From Nannocystales bacterium (GTDB taxonomy: Bacteria; Myxococcota_A; Polyangia; Nannocystales; Nannocystaceae), in the NCBI GenBank assembly GCA_050633305.1, contig JBOEGF010000013.1:224001-288000 (forward strand): a stretch of DNA of 64,000 nucleotides. The letters run 5' to 3'. This document shows positions 1 through 9,700 of the stretch, piece after piece. The number at the start of each line of letters is the position of its first letter. The first letter of the stretch is position 1. Position numbers and translations under genes: made by a program. The notes beneath the pieces were generated by a model, which was not told the origin of the DNA, did not search any database, and worked only from the letters and a program-made list of their open reading frames with translations.

Positions 1-448
1 TGTCGATGGCACCAGGCAGGGACACGTAGCGGAACTTCACCAGGCCGTCGCTCCACAGCTTGTACTGCGGCTCGAACGGCTCGATGCCCTCTGCCAACGT
101 CGTGCAGTCGTCGTTCGCATACAGGCCCAACTCGGGAGCGCATGCCTCTGCCGGATCCCCACTGGATGACGACGAGTCCTCGCCCTCGCTGCCCTCGGGC
201 TCCCCCGTGCTCGTCTCATCGTTCGTCGCCTGCGAGGTCGACCCGTCCGCCGTGGGGTTGGTCGTTGTCGTGACCGTCGTCGAATCGTCCGTCGTTGGCG
301 CGGCCGTCATCCCCGTGGACCCCGCCCCTGTCGAATCGGCTTCCTCTGCGGCCCCGTCGTCGCCACAAGCGGGAAGGCAGAGTACGCCCAGGACGGGCAG
401 CAGCAGGCGGTAAGGGAGTCGTTGGGGGTGCAAGGTGTTGTGCCGCAT
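1..448 (-). CDS. Lipoprotein, runs off the left edge; Ser/Thr-rich linker then a PQYKLWSDG..K.RYVSLPG segment reminiscent of SO2930-type c-cytochrome-associated proteins
   Basis: Manual translation from ATG at 448: MRHNTLHPQRLPYRLLLPVLGVLCLPACGDD (lipobox LPAC), T/S-rich stretch, open frame to the window edge. Confidence 0.7.
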   Translation of the reverse strand, partial: MRHNTLHPQRLPYRLLLPVLGVLCLPACGDDGAAEEADSTGAGSTGMTAAPTTDDSTTVTTTTNPTADGSTSQATNDETSTGEPEGSEGEDSSSSSGDPAEACAPELGLYANDDCTTLAEGIEPFEPQYKLWSDGLVKFRYVSLPGAID

Positions 449-603
449 CGCGGGGAGAGCGCTTGCAAACCCTGGTCCACCAGCAACCTCTCGACATCAC
501 GTTTGCGGCCCACTTTGCCGACCCGCGAAACCTGCAGATCGGCCTGCCAAGCTCGCAGAAAACACCCGCGCAAGATGCGATGCATTTTTCCTTCGAAGAA
601 GGG

Positions 604-632
604 TTGACACTCCGAAGCCGCCCGGCTACAAA
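604..632 (+). promoter_or_regulatory. Sigma70-type promoter for tRNA-Asp
   Basis: TTGACA (604-609), 17 bp spacer, TACAAA (627-632), about 30 bp upstream of the tRNA. Confidence 0.7.
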
Positions 633-663
633 CCGCATCCCCGAGAGGGGAAAACAACTGCCT

Positions 664-737
664 GGGATGGTGGTTAAGTTGGTTATAACGCCGGCCTGTC
701 ACGCCGGAGGTCGCGGGTTCGAGCCCCGTCCGTCCCG
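664..737 (+). tRNA. tRNA-Asp (GTC); CCA not encoded
   Basis: Acceptor stem GGGATGG/CCGTCCC, anticodon arm CCGGC-CTGTCAC-GCCGG, T-loop GGTTCGAGCC; followed by CTC rather than CCA. Confidence 0.96.
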
Positions 738-740
738 CTC

Positions 741-770
741 AAAGCCCACCGCAAGGTGGGTTTTGTTTTT
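741..770 (+). terminator. Rho-independent terminator after the tRNA
   Basis: AAAGCCCACC-GCAA-GGTGGGTTTT hairpin followed by GTTTTT. Confidence 0.85.
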
Positions 771-1076
771 GGTTCTCGGGAGGCGTGCGCGGGTGAATGG
801 AGCCGGTTGGTGGGCTCTCGCGGTCACGATGTGAAGCGTTGCGACGTGGTCGAGCTCGATGCGGCCGATGAAGCTCGAGACCCGAAGCCTCGGGCCTCAT
901 CGCGACCGAATCCAGTAGTGCCGTGGCCGAGGCGTCCGCGCCACGATTTCGACCGCGTCATCTCCGCAACGGCCGCCCTTGGCCTCGTCTTGTTGTCGGC
1001 GCCGCTTCGGCGGAAGGAGACCTCTTCGCGACGACCGCTTGCTCAGCAGCGTAGACGTCGCGCTCGAGACTCCGGC

Positions 1077-1349
1077 CTACCCTCCGTGGGCTTCGATGGC
1101 TCCGTTCCGCATCCATGGGCCACCTTCGGGGTGAACGTAGATGGTCTTCTTTCCACATCCCACGGCCATCAACGTGCAGTGGTAGACCTCCCCGGCCATT
1201 TTCCCACATCGACCCTCGAGTTCGGTGAGCGTCACTTCTTCGGCAGGGCATTCGAGCTCCGCGGACGCCCGCGGTCGGACAACATCCGCGGGCAGGAAGA
1301 ATGAACAACCGGAGATCACGAGGGTGCACAGTGCCGCTACGCGCTTCAT
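1077..1349 (-). CDS. Small Cys-containing lipoprotein
   Basis: MKRVAALCTLVISGC signal/lipobox; RASAELECP...GCGKK motif typical of small myxobacterial lipoproteins. Confidence 0.7.
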   Translation of the reverse strand: MKRVAALCTLVISGCSFFLPADVVRPRASAELECPAEEVTLTELEGRCGKMAGEVYHCTLMAVGCGKKTIYVHPEGGPWMRNGAIEAHGG

Positions 1350-1422
1350 CGTCCGACTCGATATCACAACAATGGCACCCTGTGCCATCTGTTCGTGCAA
1401 GCAAGAAGGGGCGTTGTCTGAG

Positions 1423-3795
1423 CTAGCCGTTCGAGTCGGGCTGGTAGCTCACCGTCAGCTGATCGACGAAGTCGCCACTGCGGCCCTCAATCCCAGTCAC
1501 CCTGCAGTTCGTCACGTGCACTTGGTAGGGAACGCCGTTGCGATTGGCGACGATCTCTCGCCCCGTGTTGGTCACGAACTTCGCTGCTGTGATGTACGGA
1601 TAGGCGGGATCCCAAGCCAAGGCGAACTCGCTCCACCACTCGCCGGCTTGCAGTGTCTGCCCAGCGACTGGGCTCCCACCGTCGCCTCCGTGCGCCGTCC
1701 CATTGACCGTGATGCGGTCCACGACGTTGCCGCACTGAAACGCCAAGCTCTGCGGATCCGCTCCCGCAAACGCGACACCTCCAGGCCCGCCGAGCGTCAC
1801 TTCCCTGGGCATCCCGGCGTCCATCCAGGTGTAGATCAGCTGGCGGCGTGACTCGGAGAGGTCGCGGGTCACGGGCATGTGGAAGGGATCGGTGATGGGA
1901 CGCTCGAGAACGGCCCGGATCTGCTCTGCGTTGGTCCTCACGGACTCGTAGTCGTCGAGTCCGAAGCGGGACATGATGGGATACAGACGCCCATACTGAC
2001 CGAGAATGGTCTGGATGCTGCCCTCCCACGTGGGGTTGACCGCGGTGGTCTGCTCGAACACGAGCACAGAGACCAGATCGTCGGGGTTCTGGACCAAGCC
2101 GGCGGCACCGCCGTCGACTTCGTAGGTCAGGAAGTAGACCTGTCCGTCGATGAACCCTCTCGGATTGCCTGGGTCGGTCGCGGAAAGATCGAAGGTCGCG
2201 AGGCCATTGACGACGGAGGCACTGGCTCCGAACGTGAGCGCATCGGTGGGTGTTCCCAGGGGTGCACAATCGAGGCCGGGTGTCCCTCCGGTGCCAATGG
2301 TCTGGTTGGTGTACGCGAAGGAGTCCGCGGGGCTCATGGTCGTCAGGTTGACCTTCAGTCCGGCCTCTTGGGGCACCTGACCGAAGGTCCGGACGTACAC
2401 GTTCACCTGGGCCTTGTCGCCGCTGGGCTGCTGCGCCGTGGCGGTCACTCCGGGGTTCATCCGGAAGACAAACTGATCCGCCCTGAGCCAAACCCCGGAG
2501 GATGGCTCCTGCATGCGCACGACGGGTGTGGCGGCGGTGGTTCGCACGCAGATCGGAGTGTTCTTCGCGGTCTGCTGGTCTGCGGGATTCAGCTGGACGT
2601 CCACGATGCCTCCCCTGTCCTCCATGAACGCGTTGAAGTCGCTGTTGGAGATGTCCCCGCCCGCGATCTTGTCGCCGCCGACGAACGCAAACTCGAGGTT
2701 GTCCACGTCCTTGAACGGACCGACGGTAGGGTTGGCCGTCGCCAGCGCGTTCACCAAGTCCGCGCTCAGAATCCCGTCGTCGGAGACGTGGAAGTTGGAG
2801 TACGGCCCCATTGGGGTGAAGGCTCCGCTGCCCGCGGACGGGGGCCCCATGTTGCGTGCCGCGGTGAAGAACTTCGGCTCCCCGGAACTGTATGGCCCGA
2901 TGGTGCCGACGAGTCTTCCGCAGCTGAAAGCCGTGGTGACCGTTGGGCTCGGAGCCTGATAGGTCGCGGTGCGGATCTGATCACCGTAGCTGCCATAGGC
3001 GACTTGTCCCAGCCAGCGCTGCATCAGGTAGTTGACGAACACCGTCGTGTAGATGATCCCGCACTTGGTCGGGTCGCTCTTTTGGGAGGCGAGGTCATGA
3101 TAGAGACAGAGCGTCTGAAGATTGGTCCACACGTCGTCGGGGAGGTTGCTCAGACCCCCGTCGGCCTGCGTCTTCGTTCGCAGGGTTGCGAGATTGGCCG
3201 CGGTGCAGTTGTACGTGGCATCGGTGCCGTTGTAGCTGCGCAGGTGGATGCGAACCGACAAGGTGTCGTAGCCGCTAAGCGCGGTGAGCACATTGGACGT
3301 GCCCGGGTCGATCTTCACGTTGGTGAGGACCGACTGATACACCCCACCGCCGGCGCCTGAACCGTAGGTTTTCCCGTCGGCTTGCGGCCAGATGTTCCGG
3401 AAGGCCACCCCTTCGAAGTCCCCACCGAGCTTGCCAGTGCTGGCCGAAAGCCCGATCTGAAGATTGAGCCCCCACCACTCGCTCACGTTCTGCTGCTGTG
3501 GATCGAGGTCCGCGATCTTGGGTGGACTCGAAGTGTTTCCCGCGAAGACCTCCGCGCCATCAAGAGTGTCAGCGGTCGGCGCGAGGGAGCCCGCCGTCTG
3601 CACCCCAGTGACCGTACAGTCGGGGTTCAGATTGAAGATCGCGTTGCCGTACGGGTTCCACCACGTGGCCATGTCCCAGGGCTGCGTGGCGACATCGTTG
3701 CCCCGCTGGTAGTTCAAGGGCGGGTTGTTCACCGTGCTTGGGTTGGCGGTGAATCCACCCGCGAAGTGAATCCGGGGAAAATCGAGATAGCTCAT
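1423..3795 (-). CDS. VioB/RebD/StaD-like protein core with a C-terminal jacalin-like lectin domain
   Basis: N-terminus MSYLDFPRIHFAGGFTANPSTVNN resembles VioB MSILDFPRIHF; YPIM...HMPVTRDLS...W motif; last ~125 aa GGPGG..F...GNVVDRI...HGGDGG...KFVTNTG...GRSGDFVDQL is a jacalin pattern. Confidence 0.8.
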   Translation of the reverse strand: MSYLDFPRIHFAGGFTANPSTVNNPPLNYQRGNDVATQPWDMATWWNPYGNAIFNLNPDCTVTGVQTAGSLAPTADTLDGAEVFAGNTSSPPKIADLDPQQQNVSEWWGLNLQIGLSASTGKLGGDFEGVAFRNIWPQADGKTYGSGAGGGVYQSVLTNVKIDPGTSNVLTALSGYDTLSVRIHLRSYNGTDATYNCTAANLATLRTKTQADGGLSNLPDDVWTNLQTLCLYHDLASQKSDPTKCGIIYTTVFVNYLMQRWLGQVAYGSYGDQIRTATYQAPSPTVTTAFSCGRLVGTIGPYSSGEPKFFTAARNMGPPSAGSGAFTPMGPYSNFHVSDDGILSADLVNALATANPTVGPFKDVDNLEFAFVGGDKIAGGDISNSDFNAFMEDRGGIVDVQLNPADQQTAKNTPICVRTTAATPVVRMQEPSSGVWLRADQFVFRMNPGVTATAQQPSGDKAQVNVYVRTFGQVPQEAGLKVNLTTMSPADSFAYTNQTIGTGGTPGLDCAPLGTPTDALTFGASASVVNGLATFDLSATDPGNPRGFIDGQVYFLTYEVDGGAAGLVQNPDDLVSVLVFEQTTAVNPTWEGSIQTILGQYGRLYPIMSRFGLDDYESVRTNAEQIRAVLERPITDPFHMPVTRDLSESRRQLIYTWMDAGMPREVTLGGPGGVAFAGADPQSLAFQCGNVVDRITVNGTAHGGDGGSPVAGQTLQAGEWWSEFALAWDPAYPYITAAKFVTNTGREIVANRNGVPYQVHVTNCRVTGIEGRSGDFVDQLTVSYQPDSNG

Positions 3796-3797
3796 GT

Positions 3798-5300
3798 TCA
3801 GGTGCCTCCGTTGCAAGCGGCGGGCAGCTTGCCGTCCGAGCAGCCGCCGTTGCCCGGGACCAACTCGTGAAAGATGTGGCTGATCCCCGCAGGGGGTAGG
3901 TCAGGGGTGCCGTCACTGGACACCATGGAGTGACAGGTGAAACAGCTCGCGGGGTTCATCACGCCCGCCTGACCATTCTGAACGTAGGTCTCCATCGTGA
4001 TGTTGGCGGACGACAGCGACCCGCTCCAAGCACGCTGCACCGGTGGCACCACCCCCTTTGCGGCCGTGGATCCATCCGAAGTCCAGATGTTGCCCGTGAG
4101 CTCGTAGTTCGCCCAGATTCCGAACCCCGACGCCCCTGCGAAGGCAGCCTGCGCGCTGGTGTTGATCGCCTTCATCGCGGCGGTGTTCGCCTGCAGCTGG
4201 GCTTTCACATCCGGTTGGCAGATGCGCTGGTTGGGGCTCACCGTGCAGTCATTGCCGTTGGGGTAGCTCCCCAGGTTCGAGTCGCCGTAGGGATGCTCGC
4301 GACAGACCTGCGTGGCAACCCCAGGGACGTAGGTATTCGTGCAGCGCTCGGCAGTGCAAGCCCGGTAGGTCGCGTCATCGAAGAAGGTCCAGCTTCCCGC
4401 CGTTGTCGGTGCGCTGAGAGCCTCGCAGTCGGGAGCATTGCTGCGCTGCTCGAATGTGCCCCAAACGAACTCTGGGTGATCCGGGGTCTTGAGCACGACA
4501 TGAAGGCCCACAAGCCCGAGCGTCTTCTCCTCGCAAACGGTCGGTTTTGCCTCGTCGGGCTGAATGAGGCCTCGGACGGTGTAGAAGTTTCCGCTTGCCG
4601 CCTCACTCGGAGTCATGACCTTCCAGGCCGTCTTCAGCTCCGCCGACCCATCGGGGAAGGCGAGGTTCGGGTAGTTCTGGATGAGATCAACCCCAGCATC
4701 GTTACGTCCAAGCTGGGCGCCGCAACCGTATTTGTAGAGCTCACAGCTCGTCACGAAGTCGTATGCGGTCTTGTTGAGGGAAACGCCGTAGTAGACCTTC
4801 TCCCCCTGCTGATCGATCAGGGGCTGCAGTACACCAGCTTGCTTCGTGATCCCCGAGAAGACGAGCGCCTGGCCGTCGCCCTGACTGGAGCACGCGTTCG
4901 CGGGCACCGTCCCCCATGCGGCCGGGCTCTCTCCTGCGCCCACAAAAACCCCGTAGGTGGGCATCCACGTTTCCAGCACCAACTTCCCTGCCGTGGCCGA
5001 GGGCTGGACGACCTGGGAGAACGCGTGCCACATGAACTGGTGAAAGCCGCACTGTGTCCCCCCACTGACTTCAGTCGGAAGAGCGCCCTTTGTGAGCCAA
5101 GCACTATCGAAATCACAGGTACTGGTGCCTGTATCTCCGCCCGCGTCCGCTGCCACAGCTGCGAGCGGTTTCCCGGTCTCACCGTCGACGGCCGGACGAG
5201 CGGGCGGTTCTGGCGTCCGAGAGTCGCAAGCGCCGAGACAGGCCGACAGGGACGAAGCCGCGACAATGTACACACGCGATAACTTGGAGAACTCTTTCAT
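3798..5300 (-). CDS. Secreted/lipoprotein c-type cytochrome with a single C-terminal CxxCH
   Basis: Signal with LGAC lipobox; ELKTAW, GLVGLHVVLKT, WGTFEQ, ANITMETYVQ, SCFTCH; stop is 2 bp from the VioB-like start. Confidence 0.8.
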   Translation of the reverse strand: MKEFSKLSRVYIVAASSLSACLGACDSRTPEPPARPAVDGETGKPLAAVAADAGGDTGTSTCDFDSAWLTKGALPTEVSGGTQCGFHQFMWHAFSQVVQPSATAGKLVLETWMPTYGVFVGAGESPAAWGTVPANACSSQGDGQALVFSGITKQAGVLQPLIDQQGEKVYYGVSLNKTAYDFVTSCELYKYGCGAQLGRNDAGVDLIQNYPNLAFPDGSAELKTAWKVMTPSEAASGNFYTVRGLIQPDEAKPTVCEEKTLGLVGLHVVLKTPDHPEFVWGTFEQRSNAPDCEALSAPTTAGSWTFFDDATYRACTAERCTNTYVPGVATQVCREHPYGDSNLGSYPNGNDCTVSPNQRICQPDVKAQLQANTAAMKAINTSAQAAFAGASGFGIWANYELTGNIWTSDGSTAAKGVVPPVQRAWSGSLSSANITMETYVQNGQAGVMNPASCFTCHSMVSSDGTPDLPPAGISHIFHELVPGNGGCSDGKLPAACNGGT

Positions 5301-6254
5301 GAGCACTTCTTCCGATGACGTTCCAGCTCTCGTCTCTATCCGATGGCAGAAAAGCCGCCTCTTGCAGCGACGGGCCGCCGGAATGGCCCATGCTGGGATG
5401 GCGATGCGGCAGACGTCGCACGCTTCATTCGCGTGTCTACACCTTGCCGGACCAAAGGGGCAATGACGGGAGAAGTACACGCGGCGTACCTGAACCGAGG
5501 TCGGCCAGCCGGCCAAGCGTCTCATGTCGGCGGCTGAGTTCCTCGAGCCACAAGGACACAAGGCCGTTGACGTTCGTTGAACAACGTCCACTCGAACCGA
5601 GAGAGCTCTACATGCAATCCCACCTGCGGCACGTATGGGCGGCGCGGTGTGGCCAGCCGGACCATCACTCTTGCAAGGGACCGAAATGCGGCAGCCCTGC
5701 GGCCCAAAAAAGCGGGCCTCGCCGCGCTGACATCCACAGGTCCTGGGCCACTTCCCTACATGAATGTGGCACCACGACGTCGGTGGTTGGTCGAAGGCGT
5801 AGGCCAGCAACGGCCGCGCGGTGCTCGAGGCCGCACGCCACTTCCGGAGCGTCGCGCGGCATCGCCCTCCTCTGGACCATCGCGGCCCGTGGTTGGGGGC
5901 AGCAACTCGGACAGCCCGTCAGTCATGACACCCGTGCCGTCGTAAAATGACACGATTCGCAGCGAGAACCTCGAGAAGGTCCCCCAAACGGCGGCCATGG
6001 GAGGTGGCACAGCGCTTGCTCTGTTGGTGGGCATGACCCTTTCGAACAACGCGGAACGCCCTGCCCAGCGCGCCGACGACCTGGACGCCTTGCGAGACGA
6101 GTTGGAGCAAGCGGACTGGTGTGGCAGCGAAGTGAGTCACGGTCGCCAGACCGCCCGGGTCGGGCACCCAAAGAGCCCGGGGAAACCGCTCTAGAGCCGT
6201 AGACCTGTGTCTCGGGCCGCCTTCGTCGCCTTCGCGACCGCAGGGTCTCCCGGC

Positions 6255-6674
6255 TCAGCCCTGGTCGAACAAATACTGGATCAGGTCGGTGCTCGTCACG
6301 ATGCCCTCGAGGTCGCCATCGTCATTCACGACCGGAAGGCAGTGGAAGTCGCCCCCTCTGAGCTTGTCCGACGCGTGGTGGACGGTCTGCTCCTTGTGGA
6401 CCGTGAACAAGCCGGTCGTCATCACCTGTTGAATGGAGAACTGTGCGTCGAGCATGGCGTCCACCGTCTTCGCGTCCGCACCGTAGGCACTGATGCTCAA
6501 CCGCATCATGTCCGTGGCGCTCAGTAGGCCGACCAGCCGTCGGCCGTCCACCACCGGCACGTGGTGAAACCGCTTCTCGGCCATGAGGCGTCGGACGCGA
6601 CTGAGCTGGTCGCCGACATCCACCGTCTCGGGGTCCGCAGTCATGATGGAGGAGATCAGGTCCTGGTGTTGCAC
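6255..6674 (-). CDS. CBS-pair domain protein
   Basis: IMTADP...HHVPVVD...LVGLLS and VMTT...LPVVNDDGDLEGIVTSTDL; GTG start inferred. Confidence 0.9.
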   Translation of the reverse strand: MQHQDLISSIMTADPETVDVGDQLSRVRRLMAEKRFHHVPVVDGRRLVGLLSATDMMRLSISAYGADAKTVDAMLDAQFSIQQVMTTGLFTVHKEQTVHHASDKLRGGDFHCLPVVNDDGDLEGIVTSTDLIQYLFDQG

Positions 6675-6766
6675 GGGCGAGTTGCTTCGTAGCCCGGAGC
6701 GCGGCCCCCCGCCCCGCACAGTTTGCGCTCGAAGGTCGGGCACCAGAGCCCCCAGAAGCCACGGGG

Positions 6767-9700
6767 TCAGCGGCCGGTCTTGCGGCGTCTCGTGACCGGC
6801 CGCGCCGCGAGCTGAACCGTCTTGTCTCCGTCGTCGGTCTCGACCACGACCGTGTAGCTCTGACCCGCTTGGACCCAAGTGCTGCTCAGGCTCACCGCCA
6901 ACGCACTCGCTCCAGCCTCTTCGGTGGTCTCCCCGTCCACCGCCAAGACCCGCTGCCCTGCTCGAAGACCCTGCTCGGCTGCGGGGCCCGATGCTTCGAC
7001 CATCGAGATCCATAGCTCGAGGGGACGCTCAGGCGCGCCCACGGCCATGGGCTTCCCGCCGTCCGCAGGTGGCGGCTCGAAGCCCGCCACCACCCGCATC
7101 CCCAAGCTACCGCGCTCGTCTTCAGGGATCGGCGCCCCTCCGCGTATCACGACGTCGCCGAGATCGACCTCGGCCCCCGACTCGACAAAGACAACCGACT
7201 CCGCACGGACCGTCCCCGAAGCGAGCAGGCCTGCCCCGCCGAAGCGGATCCGGCCTCGGCCTTCGCCCAGACCCTCGATACGAAAGCGGCCATCCGCATT
7301 CGTGTTCGTCGTCTCACCGGCCAGCTGCCGATTGAGCCGCGCGTTGCGGCCGCGTTCTCCGCCTCGCATCGACCAGCTCATCGAGACGTTGGCAGCGGGG
7401 TCGCCTTCGGGCGTGACAGCCCGCCCGGTGACCGTCCCCCATTCGCCCAGCGCCACTTCGATGCCGTCCATCGAGGCTTGGACGTCCACGAGGACCGTCG
7501 CGCATCCTTCCTGCGCGTTGACCACCAGGACCGCCTGACCGTTGGGCAGTCCCGAGACCTCGAAGCGGCCCTCGTCGCTGAGGAAACGCCTCCGCATGCC
7601 TCCGATGGTGAGCTCGAATCGAGGCAGAGGTTCCCCGTCCAGGCTCACGGTACCCGCAATGCGCCCGAGTTCCTCGACCTCCAGCTCGACGTCGTCACCG
7701 ACGGAGACGCCGGTCGCCTCACCCCGCGCATTGCCACGTTCGGTGTCCGCGGCAACCGTATAGACACCATCGGCCAGACCTGCGAACGAGAAGTGCCCTT
7801 CTGCATCGGTGACCGTCCGTGGAGTGCTCCGCAGAGGGGTTGACCGATTCTCGCTCCACAGCGTGACCCATGCGTCTTCAAGCGGGCCATCCACACCCTT
7901 GACCACGCCCTCGATGGATCCCTGCGGCGCCGAGACGTGCAGCTCAACATCGTCGATGTCTTCGTCGGAGACATCCAGCGCAAGACCCGGGTCGTCCTCG
8001 GGCTCCCCCGTCCGAACCCAGAGGCCGCCGTGGCGGTCCTCGACCGCCAGCCGATAAGTGCCGGGGTTGACACCCACCACCTCAAACCTGCCGGACGCAT
8101 CTGTAACGGCCTTCTGCACGTTCCCGCGGGCGAGCCGGGTCGCAATGGCCTCGCTCGAACCCTGGTCTTCGGTGAGTCGCAGTGTCAATCCGGCGGCGGA
8201 GACGTCCCCCGCGTCGACTCGGCCCCGAATCACGGGGCGCGGCTCCATGCGGAGCTCGAAGCCGTCGATCCCCGAATCAGACACTGAGATGTCCGCCTCG
8301 CCGAGGCTTCCATCCGTACCTTCTGCGGAGAGCTTCCAGTCACCGACCGGTACCGAAGAGATGGAGAACAGCCCTTCTGCGTCGCTGCGGACGTGAGCGT
8401 GGCTGATCATGTTGCCCTTCAACATGACCTCGAGTCCGCCTTGCTCCTTGCGCAGCCTGACGCGCACATCGGCGGCCTGTGGCGGCTCGATCCGTCCAGA
8501 CACGACGGCCCCACGCTCGACGGCAACTTCGACGCCCTCGACATCTGCAGCCTCGACCTCGACCCTCGTTTCAAACGTCGAGGGGATGAATCCGTGCCCA
8601 TCGATCATCAGAGGGTGTTCGCCGGGGCTCACGCCAAGCAGCACGAACGTCCCGTCATCGGCGGTCACCGTGCTCGGGCCGCCTCGTCCGGAGACCTTCA
8701 CCGAGGCGCCGGCGATTCCCACCGAGGTCTGTGCGCGGTCGACGACCCGTCCGTGGACATTAAACGCAGGGTCGAGCGCGACGACCAGTCCATCGAAGTG
8801 CTCAGCGATGCCCAACGTGACCTCGGTGGGCACGCCCGTCGCAAGATGGTCAGCACTCGCGAACAGCCGATACCTGGCGGAAGAGAGCCCTCGAAGCGTG
8901 AACCGCCCGTCGGGTCCCGACACGACCCTCTCCTCTTTCCGGGCGCTTCGACTGCTTCGAGACTTCCCCCGTCGAACCTCCTCAGCGAAGGACACGACAG
9001 CACCTGACACGGGCGTGCGACCGTCCTGCCCGACAATCCGGCCCGAGATCGATGACGCGGGGAGCAGCTGAAAGTCGATGGTCTGCGCCGATCCGCGCAC
9101 GATGATGTGTTGCTCGGTGCGCTCATAGTCCTCATCCCATGCGAGGAGCCCGTACCCTCCCTTCGGCACCCTCAGGGCGAAGCGTCCCTCCGCGTCGGAC
9201 ATCGCCGCGAAGGTCCGTCCTCCACCTTCTGCGCGGACGACCGCCCCCTCGATCGGGCCTCCGCCGATATCCGCGACCACGCCCGATACCGAACTCCCGC
9301 CACGGGCAAGCAGCACCGTCACGTCGGGCGTCGTCTCTCCGGTCCGGACGAGAAACGACGCACGTTGCGGAGAGTAGTGGCCGGGAGCACTGGCTGCCGC
9401 GAGGTAACGCCCTGGCGACAACCCCTCCACTGTGAAGGTCCCATCCCCGTCGACAGGAACGATCGCCAACGCCGAGCGCCCGCGTTCGCTGGCGAACGCA
9501 GCGCCCCCACTTGGCGTGGTGATCGTCACCACCGCGCCGAGGAGCGGCTCCTTCGTACTCGACTCCAGAGCCACCCCGCGAACACCTCCGAGCCTCGCCA
9601 CGGCAGAACTGGCGGTTGTTCCCCGGTGGGGCACGGCAGGCGAGCCATCGTCGGCGGGCAAAAGCCCCGAACTCGAGTCTGCTTCGGCGCCACCTCTGGC

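Noticed and set aside
824..990. Minus-strand fragment LRVSSFIGRIELDHVATLHIV resembling an McrC N-terminus, downstream of the tRNA
   Set aside because: Too short and interrupted by stops; resemblance cannot be supported without a search
1879..3360. Long antisense ORFs (also 38414-40378, 52400-54073, 35723-37228 and others)
   Set aside because: Shadow frames of real genes caused by high GC and codon bias; no motifs
1423..3795. Calling this gene vioB or a violacein cluster
   Set aside because: Lacks the ferritin-like C-terminal domain and has no vioA/C/D/E neighbours
664..6200. tRNA-Asp as integration site of a genomic island
   Set aside because: No integrase and no repeat of the tRNA 3' end was seen in the window
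5310..6250. Several overlapping ORFs upstream of the cytochrome gene
   Set aside because: No convincing start, composition or motif; probably regulatory DNA plus decayed fragments
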